DNA from: Minisyncoccota bacterium
Lineage (GTDB): Bacteria > Patescibacteriota > Minisyncoccia > Phycocordibacterales > UBA918
Length of the DNA: 64,000 bases
NCBI GenBank assembly: GCA_017992505.1
Contig: JAGOON010000001.1
Location: forward strand, 2,532-66,531
Direction: 5' to 3'
Shown here: positions 26,925 through 36,634 of the stretch, in pieces
How the letters are laid out: each line of letters begins with the position of its first letter
Numbering within the stretch: the stretch's first letter is position 1
Notes under the pieces: generated by a model
Databases searched by the model: none
What the model saw: only the letters and a program-made list of their open reading frames with translations
Told to the model about the DNA's origin: nothing
Made by a program: the position numbers and the translations under genes

Positions 26925-27197
26925 ATGAGCGCAAATAATAAACAACCCGTGACTATCCGGCTTAACCCAAAGCTGTACGAGCATCTCAAAACACTTGCCA
27001 AGGAAGGAGTCACTGTTTCTTACCTCATAAATCAGGCAGTTCAGGAGTTCCTAGATGGAAAAACAACAGAATCCGCAAAAGACAGGTCTGTTGTTGCAGA
27101 AGAAGTCGAGGCTGTGATTCCAGTGCTGAAGCTAATCGGAAAACCCATTCATGTCGATTTGTTTTTTGAATTAATCGAGACACAACAGGGTCGCTAG
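26925..27197 (+). CDS. Ribbon-helix-helix (CopG/Arc/MetJ-like) small DNA-binding protein
   Basis: PVTIRLNPKLYEHLKTLAKEGVTVSYLINQAVQEFL has the RHH beta-alpha-alpha pattern. Confidence 0.45.
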   Translation: MSANNKQPVTIRLNPKLYEHLKTLAKEGVTVSYLINQAVQEFLDGKTTESAKDRSVVAEEVEAVIPVLKLIGKPIHVDLFFELIETQQGR

Positions 27198-27210
27198 ACC
27201 TTCTTTCATC

Positions 27211-27242
27211 AAAACCCCGGTTCTCACGAGCCAGGGTTTTTT
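27211..27242 (+). terminator. Terminator after the RHH gene
   Basis: AAAACCCCGG-ttctcacgag-CCAGGGTTTTTT. Confidence 0.6.
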
Positions 27243-27244
27243 GC

Positions 27245-27250
27245 TATAAT
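27245..27250 (+). promoter_or_regulatory. TATAAT -10 box 7 nt upstream of the priA-like ATG (27258)
   Basis: ggttttttgcTATAATgccacccATG. Confidence 0.5.
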
Positions 27251-27257
27251 GCCACCC

Positions 27258-29150
27258 ATGTACGTCATTCAGGTTATTCCCCTCATCCGCGGCACCCAAC
27301 TTGAATCACTCTCTTATTTCTCAAGCATTACCTATAAGCCAGGGACTTTTCTCGAAGTGCCCATTCGTGGCAAAAACCAACGCGCGATAGTAACCAGTAG
27401 TGAACCAGTGAGTGCCACCAAAACAGCTTTAAAAGCAGCCACCTTCTCACTTCGTAAACTTCCCTCCCAACCAAATGCGACAAGTGTGCCCAGTGTTATT
27501 TATAAAACGGCCGAAACACTCGCAAAGCGCTATCCTGCTTCTATTGGATCCATTCTTTTTAACCTTCTCCCAAACGACATTCGAAACGGGACTCGTCTCT
27601 TTAAAAACACTACGACTATTATTCACGAAGAGGAGATAACACCGCAGGTTTTTCAAGCGCGTCTTGATGAACGTTTTCTCAGTTACCAAAGTCTAGTGCG
27701 AAGTAGTTTTGCAAAAAAAGGCTCAGTACTCTTTATTGTGCCAACTAATGCTGATATAAAATTCGCGGCCCAAAAACTAAGTCATGGCATTGAAGATCGA
27801 GTAGTTATCTTAAGTAATTCAACGAGCAAGAAAAAGACCGAAGTAATGATTCAAGCGCTTGAAGACACGATATACTCAAAACTAATCATTACCACTCCTG
27901 CCCACGCTTATACTGGACGACCTGATATTACCAGTATCGTCATTGAACAATCAGCGAATGCTCACTACGTCGATAGAGTACGGCCATATATCGATCATCG
28001 CGATGCGCTTATAGCCTATGCAAAACACGCTGGTGCCTGTGTGATACTTGGAGATACTGTTGTGCGTACCGAAGATGAAGCTAAGCGACGCGATGATATG
28101 TACCTCACTTACGGCGAAGACATTAAGCGGCTTGTGTTTCCTGCACCCCTCACCGTCATCACACAAACCGATAAGCCAAAGGTTGAAATGCCATTTCAGC
28201 TTTTTTCGCCAAGCCTTATTAAAAATATAACCACAACAATCGAAGGTAACGGTCATGTGTTTCTTTATTCTGCACGACGTGGACTGGCACCTGTTGTCGC
28301 GTGTATTGACTGCGGACACATCTTTCGCTGTCCCGATTCACACACCCCTTATTCATTGGTGCGAACCATGAAGAACGACGTTGAAGAGCGTTGGTTTATT
28401 TCGAGCACATCTGGTCGACGTGTTCGTGCAGCTGACACTTGTGACAACTGTGGTTCGTGGCGTTTACGCGAACGCGGTATTGGCATCCAGCAAGTATATG
28501 ATGAATGGAAAGAAAAAGTTCCTCACATCGACATCACTATTCTCGACCATACCGTCGCCCCAACGCCACTTAAGGCCCAGAAAATTGTTGATGGATTTTT
28601 TTCCAAAAAATCTGGAGTACTGCTTGGTACACAAATTGCACTTCCATACCTCAATCGCGGTGTAGAGCTTAGTGCAATTATTTCACTTGATGCCGCCCGC
28701 TCAACGCCAACCTGGCGCGCTGATGAATCGCTCTTCCGACTACTCATCAAGCTTCGGGAATGCACCGCTCGTGAAGTACTCGTACAAACCCGCAGTGAAC
28801 CAGACCCTCTTGTGGGGTATGCAGCCCGAGGCGCCGTCGAGCGTTTCTTTGATGATGAAATCGCACTTCGCAAGCAACTTAAATACCCTCCCTTTAGCAC
28901 TTTCATCCTGCTCACCTGGTCGGGAGCTCCTGAAGTTGTCGCTGAAGCAGAGAAGGTAATCAAAAACACGATTGATTCTCCGATTGCGCAGTACTACACG
29001 AACCCACACTCGAGTAAGGAGCAATGTCATCGCCACGCGCTTCTACGAATTGATATAAACGACAGCATAACCTATGAACAAATAATTGAGCGAATCAAGA
29101 AAGTACCTCCGTATGTAAAGATAGAAATCAATCCGGAGCGAATAGTGTAG
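27258..29150 (+). CDS. priA: Primosomal protein N' (PriA) homologue with degenerate helicase motifs
   Basis: Matches PriA in the region after Walker A (KKGSVLFIVPTNADIKFAAQKL), the Zn-finger region (CIDCG...CDNCGS) and the C-terminal domain (VLLGTQIALPYLNRGVELSAII...KYPPFSTFILLT). It has no GxGKT P-loop, and DEAH is replaced by IEQS. Confidence 0.6.
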   Translation: MYVIQVIPLIRGTQLESLSYFSSITYKPGTFLEVPIRGKNQRAIVTSSEPVSATKTALKAATFSLRKLPSQPNATSVPSVIYKTAETLAKRYPASIGSILFNLLPNDIRNGTRLFKNTTTIIHEEEITPQVFQARLDERFLSYQSLVRSSFAKKGSVLFIVPTNADIKFAAQKLSHGIEDRVVILSNSTSKKKTEVMIQALEDTIYSKLIITTPAHAYTGRPDITSIVIEQSANAHYVDRVRPYIDHRDALIAYAKHAGACVILGDTVVRTEDEAKRRDDMYLTYGEDIKRLVFPAPLTVITQTDKPKVEMPFQLFSPSLIKNITTTIEGNGHVFLYSARRGLAPVVACIDCGHIFRCPDSHTPYSLVRTMKNDVEERWFISSTSGRRVRAADTCDNCGSWRLRERGIGIQQVYDEWKEKVPHIDITILDHTVAPTPLKAQKIVDGFFSKKSGVLLGTQIALPYLNRGVELSAIISLDAARSTPTWRADESLFRLLIKLRECTAREVLVQTRSEPDPLVGYAARGAVERFFDDEIALRKQLKYPPFSTFILLTWSGAPEVVAEAEKVIKNTIDSPIAQYYTNPHSSKEQCHRHALLRIDINDSITYEQIIERIKKVPPYVKIEINPERIV

Positions 29151-29160
29151 TCTTGAAAGA

Positions 29161-29195
29161 GGCTGGATTTGCTTCGCAAATCCAGCCTCTTTTGC
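29161..29195 (+). terminator. Terminator after the priA-like gene
   Basis: AGGCTGGATTT-gcttcgc-AAATCCAGCCT followed by CTTTT. Confidence 0.65.
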
Positions 29196-29207
29196 TATAT
29201 TAAGCGC

Positions 29208-29744
29208 ATGGCAAAACTCGTCGCCCAAAACCACCCTGCGCTCCATACCATTTCGGAAGAAATCACTTCGGAGGAATTTTCTAATGGGACTGTAGCAAAA
29301 ATTCTCAAAGATATGAGGAAAGCTATAAAGGAATATAGTGTTGATGGGTTTTCGGCGGTTGCAATAGCTGCTCCTCAAATTGGGGTTGCTAAGCGAATGT
29401 TTCTGATTGAAGACCAAAGTGGTTCCGAAGAGGAACGTTTTCCGACTATTATTGCAATTAATCCTCATATCGTTAAAACTTCAAAGAGGACTCATGTTGT
29501 TGGTGAAGGTTGTCTATCTGTTCCCAAACTCTACGGTGTCGTAAAGCGCCACACAAACGTCACCCTCGAAGCGCTCGATGAAAATGGCAAGTCTTTTACT
29601 CGTGGTGCGGGTGGACTACTCGCTCAGATTATCCAGCACGAGTGTGACCACCTTGATGGGACACTCTTCATTGACCGTGCTGAAGATGCTTGGCCAGTTG
29701 AGAAGGAGCAAGCAAAACGTAAAGATGATAAAAGTCATGAGTAA
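29208..29744 (+). CDS. def: Peptide deformylase
   Basis: GVAKRMF / EGCLSVP / QHECDHL motifs, the three PDF signatures. Confidence 0.85.
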   Translation: MAKLVAQNHPALHTISEEITSEEFSNGTVAKILKDMRKAIKEYSVDGFSAVAIAAPQIGVAKRMFLIEDQSGSEEERFPTIIAINPHIVKTSKRTHVVGEGCLSVPKLYGVVKRHTNVTLEALDENGKSFTRGAGGLLAQIIQHECDHLDGTLFIDRAEDAWPVEKEQAKRKDDKSHE

Positions 29745-30612
29745 CCAGAAACTTAAGATTGCGTTTTTTGGTGGTGAACCTCTTGGACTCCCTGCTCTTA
29801 AGGCTCTTGTACATGCTGACCTTATTCCAACACTTGTTGTTTGTAATCCTGACCGCCAGGCTGGCCGTGGGCAGAAAGTGACCCCTTCCCTTATTAAGAC
29901 GTGGGCGACTGAACAGTCAATTGAGGTGTTTCAACCAACCACCTACAAAGAGCGAAACAATCTAACGAGACTGACTTCAGAAGAGTGGGATTTGTTTGTA
30001 GTCGTTGCATACAATTTTATTTTGCCAGAGTGGTTTTTAAAATTACCTAAGCACGGTGTTGTAAATGTTCACCCATCTCTCCTTCCCAAACTCCGTGGAG
30101 CGAGCCCCATTCGCACTGCTATTCTTAAAAATCTTCGCGAAGAGATTGGTGTCAGTATCATGCTAATGGACAAGGAGATGGATCATGGGCCGATTCTTAC
30201 CCAAACACCCCTCACCCTAAACGAATGGCCAATTGATGGCCCCCTCCTCGATGATATGTTGGCGCAAATTGGTGGTGAAATGCTTGCACGGACAATCCCC
30301 CGCTTTATAGCTGGAGAAATAACCCCTGTAGAGCAAGACCATTTGACTGCTACATACACCAAAAAATTTGAAAAGGCCGATGCCGAACTTCACCTCGATC
30401 CGCAGAACCTACCAACTGGTAACTTAGCTTTTGAAATACTTTGTAAAATAAAAGCCCTTGCTGGCATGTCCGATTGTTTCTTCTTTGACAATGGACTCCG
30501 TATTAAAATAAAAGCAGCCAACCTCAAAGAGGACGGTCAACTTCAGATTCTTCGTGTAATTCCAGAAGGCAAAAAAGAGGTTGATTTTGAAACCTATCTC
30601 CGTTCTCGCTAG
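29737..30612 (+). CDS. fmt: Methionyl-tRNA formyltransferase
   Basis: N-terminal formyltransferase fold (KIAFFGGEPLGLPALKAL...VVCNPDRQAGRG) plus a C-terminal domain. Its ATG overlaps the def stop (ATGAGTAA). Confidence 0.85.
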   Translation: MSNQKLKIAFFGGEPLGLPALKALVHADLIPTLVVCNPDRQAGRGQKVTPSLIKTWATEQSIEVFQPTTYKERNNLTRLTSEEWDLFVVVAYNFILPEWFLKLPKHGVVNVHPSLLPKLRGASPIRTAILKNLREEIGVSIMLMDKEMDHGPILTQTPLTLNEWPIDGPLLDDMLAQIGGEMLARTIPRFIAGEITPVEQDHLTATYTKKFEKADAELHLDPQNLPTGNLAFEILCKIKALAGMSDCFFFDNGLRIKIKAANLKEDGQLQILRVIPEGKKEVDFETYLRSR

Positions 30613-30971
30613 TTGTTTTGTAATTGCTCTTTCGCTTCTCTTTCAGCCACCCTATCGAGAGTGATGTGCTTATCTTTTGCGCGACTGAGTTCCTTATCTA
30701 GTTCGTTTCGTACTTCGTCAATCGCTGACTCAAAATTTTCCTCTGTCGCTTCCGCACGGTAAAGCACGCCGTCAACTGAAAGGTTCGCTTCTACCCGAAA
30801 GATACGACCATTGTGCTGTGTCGTCAGCTTTTGGAACTCGACTTCACAAAACGTACTTGCAGTCTCATTGATAAGACGTTCAAGTGGTGCCATTTTTTGA
30901 TCAACAATCGTTTCAAGTGACTTTGCTTCTTCAAGACCATTAAATTTATAGGTAATGATTGGAAATGTCAT
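30609..30971 (-). CDS. hpf: Ribosome hibernation promoting factor / RaiA family
   Basis: 120-aa YfiA/HPF fold (ANLSVDGVLYRAEATEENFESAIDEVRNELDKEL). Confidence 0.8.
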   Translation of the reverse strand: MTFPIITYKFNGLEEAKSLETIVDQKMAPLERLINETASTFCEVEFQKLTTQHNGRIFRVEANLSVDGVLYRAEATEENFESAIDEVRNELDKELSRAKDKHITLDRVAEREAKEQLQNN

Positions 30972-30979
30972 ATGTATTG

Positions 30980-31210
30980 TTATTTATCGCCTCTTATAAC
31001 CTCAAGGATTTTACTCGGACTATGGTGACCAGTTACAAAACGTACTGCACTCACGGGAACTTCATATTGCACTGCTATCAATTCCCTCACTCGAACATTT
31101 GCAAGATTTCGTTCAGCGGGGGCTTTTGTGATTACTTCAAAAGAATCTTCCCCTACTTTAGTAATTGACTCTTTCTTCATTCCTGGATACACCCGAACCT
31201 TTATGTACAT
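30980..31210 (-). CDS. DUF167 / YggU (UPF0235) family protein
   Basis: 76 aa. VKPGxKKxxI ... APAERNLANVRVRELIA pattern of DUF167. Confidence 0.65.
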   Translation of the reverse strand: MYIKVRVYPGMKKESITKVGEDSFEVITKAPAERNLANVRVRELIAVQYEVPVSAVRFVTGHHSPSKILEVIRGDK

Positions 31211-31212
31211 GA

Positions 31213-31521
31213 TTATCCTTCGCAGGATTCACACACAGAACCCCCAACATGGACTCGCGGTCTTGATACTGCAACCGGGGAACCTTGCCTTCCAAACTCG
31301 CGGAGATGATCAATGATATCACTCGACTCGTACATAGATACATTTCGTTCTGAATCAACAAGGAACGGGACCTCTCCCTTTCCACCAAGTGCAATCAGTT
31401 CTGACATGGCTTCTGCACTTTCAGAAACATCTTTAAGCTCTAGTGTTACATTGAAGTTTTCCGCCATTTGCAACACTCGTTGTGAGAATGCGCAAGATGG
31501 TTTGTAGTACAAGGTGAACAT
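31213..31521 (-). CDS. Glutaredoxin-like protein (monothiol CxxS). The ORF extends to 31662; likely start MFTLYYK at 31521
   Basis: YYKPSCAFSQRV thioredoxin-fold active site and GKGEVPFLV. C-terminal CESCEG tail. Confidence 0.55.
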   Translation of the reverse strand: MFTLYYKPSCAFSQRVLQMAENFNVTLELKDVSESAEAMSELIALGGKGEVPFLVDSERNVSMYESSDIIDHLREFGRQGSPVAVSRPRVHVGGSVCESCEG

Positions 31522-31603
31522 AGGTTTAGATGGATTAGATATTAATACTTTCATTATACTACGAATTACAAAATTGTTTATTTCACAAAAGTACCCACCC
31601 ACA

Positions 31604-32914
31604 ATGCCGTACAATGCTTGTATGCAGTCAATATTGAGCTGGTTTAGCCGAAGTACACCCATTGGGCTTTTGATATTAGGATTCTTGGTAGGCGTCGGTG
31701 GAGCCCTCGGTGCAGCCCTGTTTCATATTCTCATTTTCCTCTCCACCACCGCGTTTTATGGACTAAGTACCGATGTGGGTTTTATTGAAAACCTGGAATC
31801 AATGTCTGTTTGGCAGAGACTACTCATTCCTACTCTTGGTGGACTCTTGGTGGGGATTATTTACAAAATCTCAAGAGTCACTGAGGCAGAGGGTGAGGGT
31901 GTGCCAGAGGTAATGGAAGCACTTGCACACAAGCGCGGTAACATCCGACCAATTGTTGGGCCGATAAAGATTATTACCGCCGCCATTACGCTCGGTTCTG
32001 GAGGTTCTGCTGGTCGCGAAGGACCAGTTATCCAGATTGGTTCGGCAATTGGTTCTTCTATTGCGCAACTCTTTCGACAGGCGACTTCAGAAAAGAGTCT
32101 TCTCTTAGCTGCTGGTGCTGCAGCCGGTATCGGAGGCACTTTCGGTGCTCCCATCGCCGGAATACTCTTCACTATCGAAATCCTCCACCATCGACCAAAT
32201 CCTCTGCGTTCAACGATCCTTGTACTCGCCGCTTTTACTGGCGCTGTGGGCGCCCGTTTCCTAACTGGGTACGAGGGTCTTCGGTTTAAAATGGAGGAAA
32301 TTTTTACTTTTGAGCCTTACTCAATTGGTGGCGTCCTTGGACTTAGTGTTATAGCTGTTTTTGTGGCGCTTCTTTTTGGAAAAATTCTCAATCTCAGTCG
32401 AACCTTCCTTAAAAATCTAGAAATTCCACACATTATCAAACCCGCCTTTGGCGGACTGGTGATTGGAATCGTCGGACTCCTTGTTCCCCACATCCACGAA
32501 CCAGCCACCTACCCCCTTATGATTGATTTAATTTCACTCACTGCTCTTCCTCTTACCTTTTTAGTACTACTGCTCTTTATAAAAATGTTTGCAACGGGGG
32601 TCACACTTGGCTCAGGTGGATCGGGCGGTATTTTTGCACCACTACTTCTTATGGGGGCTCTAACGGGAAGTATTCTTGGTGGATTACTTGTACTGTTTGG
32701 ATCTGTACCTCTTACTTTTGTTCCTGTACTGATATTTACTGGTATGGCAACCGTTTTTGCGGCGGCGGCTCACGCATCTCTGACAGCTGCTTTTATCACC
32801 TACGAAATGACTGGCGAATTAACACTCCTTATTCCACTTCTCATCACCTGTCTCATCGCTAGTTTTCTTGCAAAACGAATCAAACCAGAAAGTGTTTACA
32901 ATCACAATATGTAA
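31604..32914 (+). CDS. ClC-family voltage-gated chloride channel / H+-Cl- antiporter. The ORF begins at 31514
   Basis: GSGGSAGREGP, GIGGTFGAPIAG and GSGGIFAP ClC selectivity-filter motifs. Confidence 0.8.
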   Translation: MPYNACMQSILSWFSRSTPIGLLILGFLVGVGGALGAALFHILIFLSTTAFYGLSTDVGFIENLESMSVWQRLLIPTLGGLLVGIIYKISRVTEAEGEGVPEVMEALAHKRGNIRPIVGPIKIITAAITLGSGGSAGREGPVIQIGSAIGSSIAQLFRQATSEKSLLLAAGAAAGIGGTFGAPIAGILFTIEILHHRPNPLRSTILVLAAFTGAVGARFLTGYEGLRFKMEEIFTFEPYSIGGVLGLSVIAVFVALLFGKILNLSRTFLKNLEIPHIIKPAFGGLVIGIVGLLVPHIHEPATYPLMIDLISLTALPLTFLVLLLFIKMFATGVTLGSGGSGGIFAPLLLMGALTGSILGGLLVLFGSVPLTFVPVLIFTGMATVFAAAAHASLTAAFITYEMTGELTLLIPLLITCLIASFLAKRIKPESVYNHNM

Positions 32915-32969
32915 AGAAAAAGCGAGGAGTGTAAGCTCCTCGCTTTTAGAATGTATTCTTCAATATATA

Positions 32970-34163
32970 TTACTTGTGCGGTGCATGTGGATGCCAGCCC
33001 AAAAGAAAAAGCGAAGCGAAGCCGATGATATACGCGACTGGAATAATCCAGGACTCTTTGATAAATGTCCGAGTGTCACGCATACGTGGATTGTCTTTTG
33101 CAAGTGCAACACCTGCAGAAGAACCAAACCACATCATCGAACCACCGAAGCCGACCGAGTAGGCCAACCAACCCCAGTCATACCCACCCTGTACCAGCGC
33201 GAGCTTGGTAAGTGGGATGTTGTCGAAGACAGCCGAAATAAAGCCAAGTGAGAACACCGTTTCTGGTGATGCGAATGGCAACGTCTCGACTGGCATTAGA
33301 CTAGCGCAGAGCACCAACGCCAACAGGAAGCAAGCATTGAGTGTTGCTGATGGCACATCTTCCCAGTGTGGTCTGCGATACAAAGCCGAAACGAGGATAG
33401 CCACCCAGAGACCTGCTGCGGGAAAATCAATGAGAATATTACCCGCAACCACACCGACAAGCATCGCCATGGCCACAAACACGCGCCCGTAGTCAACGAT
33501 AGCGTGATCCGAACCATGACTAGCGATTTCGTCTTTTACAATCGACTGGAAGCGTTGTTGTGCTTTTGAAAGCGGAATGCCAAAGACAAAGAGTGCCACT
33601 ACAGCTGGAAGAAAGGCATGTGTGACGTCAAGCCAACTCACTCCATCAATCCACATCATCGTCGTAGTCGTATCACCGATAACGCTTCCTGCACCACCCG
33701 CGTTGCTGGCAGCAACGATACCAGCAAGGTACCCGACACGTACTTTACCCTGGAAGACCACCTTAGCGAGTGAGCCACCAATCATTGCTGCTGCGATGTT
33801 GTCGAGAAAAATCGACAACACAAAGACGAGCATAAGGAGCACAAACGGCCCCTTCCAATCATCTGGCAAAATGGCTGGCGCTTTAAGTGCCAACTTTGAC
33901 CGCTGAAAATGATCAGCCATCAGTTCAAACCCAACCAAGAGTCCTAGTAGATTGAGAATGAGTGGTGTCTCATGAAGCGCGTGTGCGACAAGATTCACCT
34001 CGGTGAAAAACAGTTTGTACGTGACAATAGATGCGAGTCCAACCAATGCCACTTGCAAGTGCTTTCCGTGGAGTAACATGACCCCAAGGAGCGTAGCTCC
34101 AAAGAGTATGAATTCAAATGGAAACATCAGTATCCCCTTTATATTGAAGAATGGAAGGAACAA
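32970..34163 (-). CDS. ArsB/NhaD-superfamily ion permease
   Basis: 12-TM profile with IFLDNIAAAM and NAGGAGSVIGDTTT motifs typical of the ArsB/NhaD/CitMHS permease family. Confidence 0.5.
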   Translation of the reverse strand: MFLPFFNIKGILMFPFEFILFGATLLGVMLLHGKHLQVALVGLASIVTYKLFFTEVNLVAHALHETPLILNLLGLLVGFELMADHFQRSKLALKAPAILPDDWKGPFVLLMLVFVLSIFLDNIAAAMIGGSLAKVVFQGKVRVGYLAGIVAASNAGGAGSVIGDTTTTMMWIDGVSWLDVTHAFLPAVVALFVFGIPLSKAQQRFQSIVKDEIASHGSDHAIVDYGRVFVAMAMLVGVVAGNILIDFPAAGLWVAILVSALYRRPHWEDVPSATLNACFLLALVLCASLMPVETLPFASPETVFSLGFISAVFDNIPLTKLALVQGGYDWGWLAYSVGFGGSMMWFGSSAGVALAKDNPRMRDTRTFIKESWIIPVAYIIGFASLFLLGWHPHAPHK

Positions 34164-34245
34164 AAAGAGCGAAGTGGCAACACTATACTACGAAAATGGT
34201 TTTTGTAAATTAAAAACACCTTGGTTGTTACCAACCAACTCCATC

Positions 34246-35160
34246 TTAATCTTGTACCACCACCCCAGTTCCAAGTTCGGCCCATCCATAAAGCCTTTTT
34301 GCTTCCTTTGGTGGTAGGTTTACGCAACCATGTGAGTAGGGGCTACCAAAACTATCGTGCCAGTACGCCCCATGGATAACCGCCCCACCTTCAGTAAAGT
34401 AGAGATTCCATGGCACACCAGGCAGATCGTAGTACTGCTTATCAACCAGATATGGGAGTGGTCCCTGCATATATCTACTTGGTGTCTTTCTAAAGATATG
34501 GAAGATGCCTCGCGGTGTTGGTGTTAGTTCTAACCCCGTTGAAATACTTACCTCCATAAAGAGCACTTCTCCGTCATAGGCTCGAAGCGACTGTTCACTT
34601 CTGTCAACAATAATTTGCTTAGTTCCCGTCGCGTAGTCTGTTTCGTACTCGAGTGATCCATCATCATAAAAAATTTCTGTATATTCTCCAGATACATACC
34701 ACTCACCAACTATTCGCTCAGGATAACGAAGCCACTCATCAAAAATAATCCTATGCCACAATACCCCATCAACCTCTTTACTTTCATCGCTACGAAGTAC
34801 TATCCCCTTTCTGAGTCTACCGACAATAGGAAACTCCTTTCCTGGACCACTGCGAACTAACAGACAGTCTTCGCTATATCCGATTTCGCAACTATCCACA
34901 ATTTCAAGATATCGTAGTGTCCCTGTAGCAAAAGGTACTGCATTAAGGGGAATAATAACTTCATTGACCAGTTCAGTGATGACGGGTTCCTCCATATATT
35001 CAACCGAGACGACATCATTAGAAAGTACACCAAAGAATGTCAGAACACCGTCTGCAACAAGTCGAGAAAAAATAGCCACACTAAGCCCAATAATTAAAAG
35101 AATAATGAGTGTTCCGAGTACAAAAATTGAGCTCCTGTTCTTATAGGTACGGCTCGCCAT
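34246..35160 (-). CDS. L,D-transpeptidase (YkuD domain), membrane anchored
   Basis: Catalytic HGCVNLPPKEAKRLYGW motif (His/Cys of the YkuD fold) and an N-terminal TM. Confidence 0.75.
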   Translation of the reverse strand: MASRTYKNRSSIFVLGTLIILLIIGLSVAIFSRLVADGVLTFFGVLSNDVVSVEYMEEPVITELVNEVIIPLNAVPFATGTLRYLEIVDSCEIGYSEDCLLVRSGPGKEFPIVGRLRKGIVLRSDESKEVDGVLWHRIIFDEWLRYPERIVGEWYVSGEYTEIFYDDGSLEYETDYATGTKQIIVDRSEQSLRAYDGEVLFMEVSISTGLELTPTPRGIFHIFRKTPSRYMQGPLPYLVDKQYYDLPGVPWNLYFTEGGAVIHGAYWHDSFGSPYSHGCVNLPPKEAKRLYGWAELGTGVVVQD

Positions 35161-35235
35161 ACCCTATCGTAGGCTGTAGAGGGCTAATATGCAAAGGGGG
35201 CCAGTGCTTAAAGTGGTATGATGTAATAACAAACG

Positions 35236-35931
35236 ATGAAACGTGTTATTGAACTCATAGTCATGGCCTCCACTCTCGCTGCTATTGTCAGTACCTTTTT
35301 CCTATATCGCTCTCATGTTTTTTCACCACAACTTACCGCAAGCCTCATTCTCGCAGATACGCCTGACGAATCCGAAGCGGTAACAAAGGTGATGTTTTCT
35401 GAAACCGCAAGCTCAACACCATCATACGAACCCACACCCCAAAAGCCATCGGAAAAAACTGACATTTCAGAAAACAAAGAAAATAGTATCATTATTGAGA
35501 AACTTCCTATTACAATAAATGAGATTGAAACCCTGACTGCACAGATTCACTCACTCACCAATCTTTCTCGCTCGCAAAATAATCTCCCCACTTTTACACT
35601 CGACACTTCACTTTCTGCTATCGCTAAAAAACGTAGCGATGAGATGATTCAAAAAAATTATTTTTCTCACACATCACCCAGTGGTTGCGATATTTCGTGT
35701 CAGATAGAGGGTGCTAAATATCAGACGAAAGTCTGGGGCGAAAATCTTGCTCTCACAAATGACTATCACTTATATACCACCACCGAGCTCGCACAGACGT
35801 TCATCGAAAATTGGCTCAAAAGTTATACGCACCGAGACAATATACTGTCTAAAAAATTCACTCATCACGGTATTGGTATCGCCTCAGAGGGAGAACGAAT
35901 TATCATTACTGTCGTGTTCGCCGCCCCTTAA
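35236..35931 (+). CDS. CAP/SCP/PR-1-like extracellular domain protein with N-terminal TM anchor
   Basis: C-terminal CAP signature (HYTQ-like: FSHTSPSG...; NWLKSYTHRDNILSKKFTHHGIGIA). Confidence 0.65.
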   Translation: MKRVIELIVMASTLAAIVSTFFLYRSHVFSPQLTASLILADTPDESEAVTKVMFSETASSTPSYEPTPQKPSEKTDISENKENSIIIEKLPITINEIETLTAQIHSLTNLSRSQNNLPTFTLDTSLSAIAKKRSDEMIQKNYFSHTSPSGCDISCQIEGAKYQTKVWGENLALTNDYHLYTTTELAQTFIENWLKSYTHRDNILSKKFTHHGIGIASEGERIIITVVFAAP

Positions 35932-36012
35932 CAAAATCTGTTTCTAGATTAGCTTTATGCTTTTAATGTAAGTTCCTGTCAAGCTTTTGCAAGTCATTAT
36001 CTTCACGACCAA

Positions 36013-36564
36013 ATGATATACTGTCTACTCATGAAAAAATCATACGTTTGTTCGGCTTTTCTTCTTCTGTTCGCGAGTATCAGCATCACCAGCGAAGCTC
36101 ACGCCGGAACAGCAAGCACGATCCCTAAAGCCGTATATTCTCCGATCGAAGTAGAAAAAAAAGTTCGTGAATATTTTAAAGACACACCACAAATGATTGA
36201 AATCGCGCGCTGTGAATCGAAATTTCGCCAATTTACTGATGCTGGAAATGTCCTCCGTGGCGGGAGTGGTGGTGGCATGATTGGAGTATTTCAATTTTAT
36301 GAATCCATTCACGCACCAGCCGCCCAAACCCTTGGATTTGATCTCGCTACTCTTGAAGGCAACCTCGGCTACGCCAAACATGTACACAAAACACAAGGCA
36401 CAGCCCCTTGGAATTCGGCTAAGTATTGTTGGGATGTTCCCTTCATCTCACAAACCGCCACGGTGGCTGTAAGCACAGAGCGTGAAAGACTCCTTAAACA
36501 AATTGAGACCCTCACAAAACTCATCACACTCCTACAAAAGCAACTCAATACTAAGTCATCTTAA
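36013..36564 (+). CDS. Secreted transglycosylase-like (Rpf-like) domain protein
   Basis: Signal peptide, then IARCESKFRQF...GGSGGGMIGVFQF matching the transglycosylase-like CES...G...G(L/V)FQ core. C-terminal coiled coil. Confidence 0.55.
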   Translation: MIYCLLMKKSYVCSAFLLLFASISITSEAHAGTASTIPKAVYSPIEVEKKVREYFKDTPQMIEIARCESKFRQFTDAGNVLRGGSGGGMIGVFQFYESIHAPAAQTLGFDLATLEGNLGYAKHVHKTQGTAPWNSAKYCWDVPFISQTATVAVSTERERLLKQIETLTKLITLLQKQLNTKSS

Positions 36565-36595
36565 ATAACCTAATAGAACACTTAAAAATATAGAA

Positions 36596-36625
36596 AAAAG
36601 CGATGCACTCGTGCATCGCTTTTAA
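36596..36625. terminator. Bidirectional terminator
   Basis: AAAAGCGATGCAC-tcg-TGCATCGCTTTT, perfect stem. Confidence 0.7.
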
Positions 36626-36634
36626 GTTTACCGT

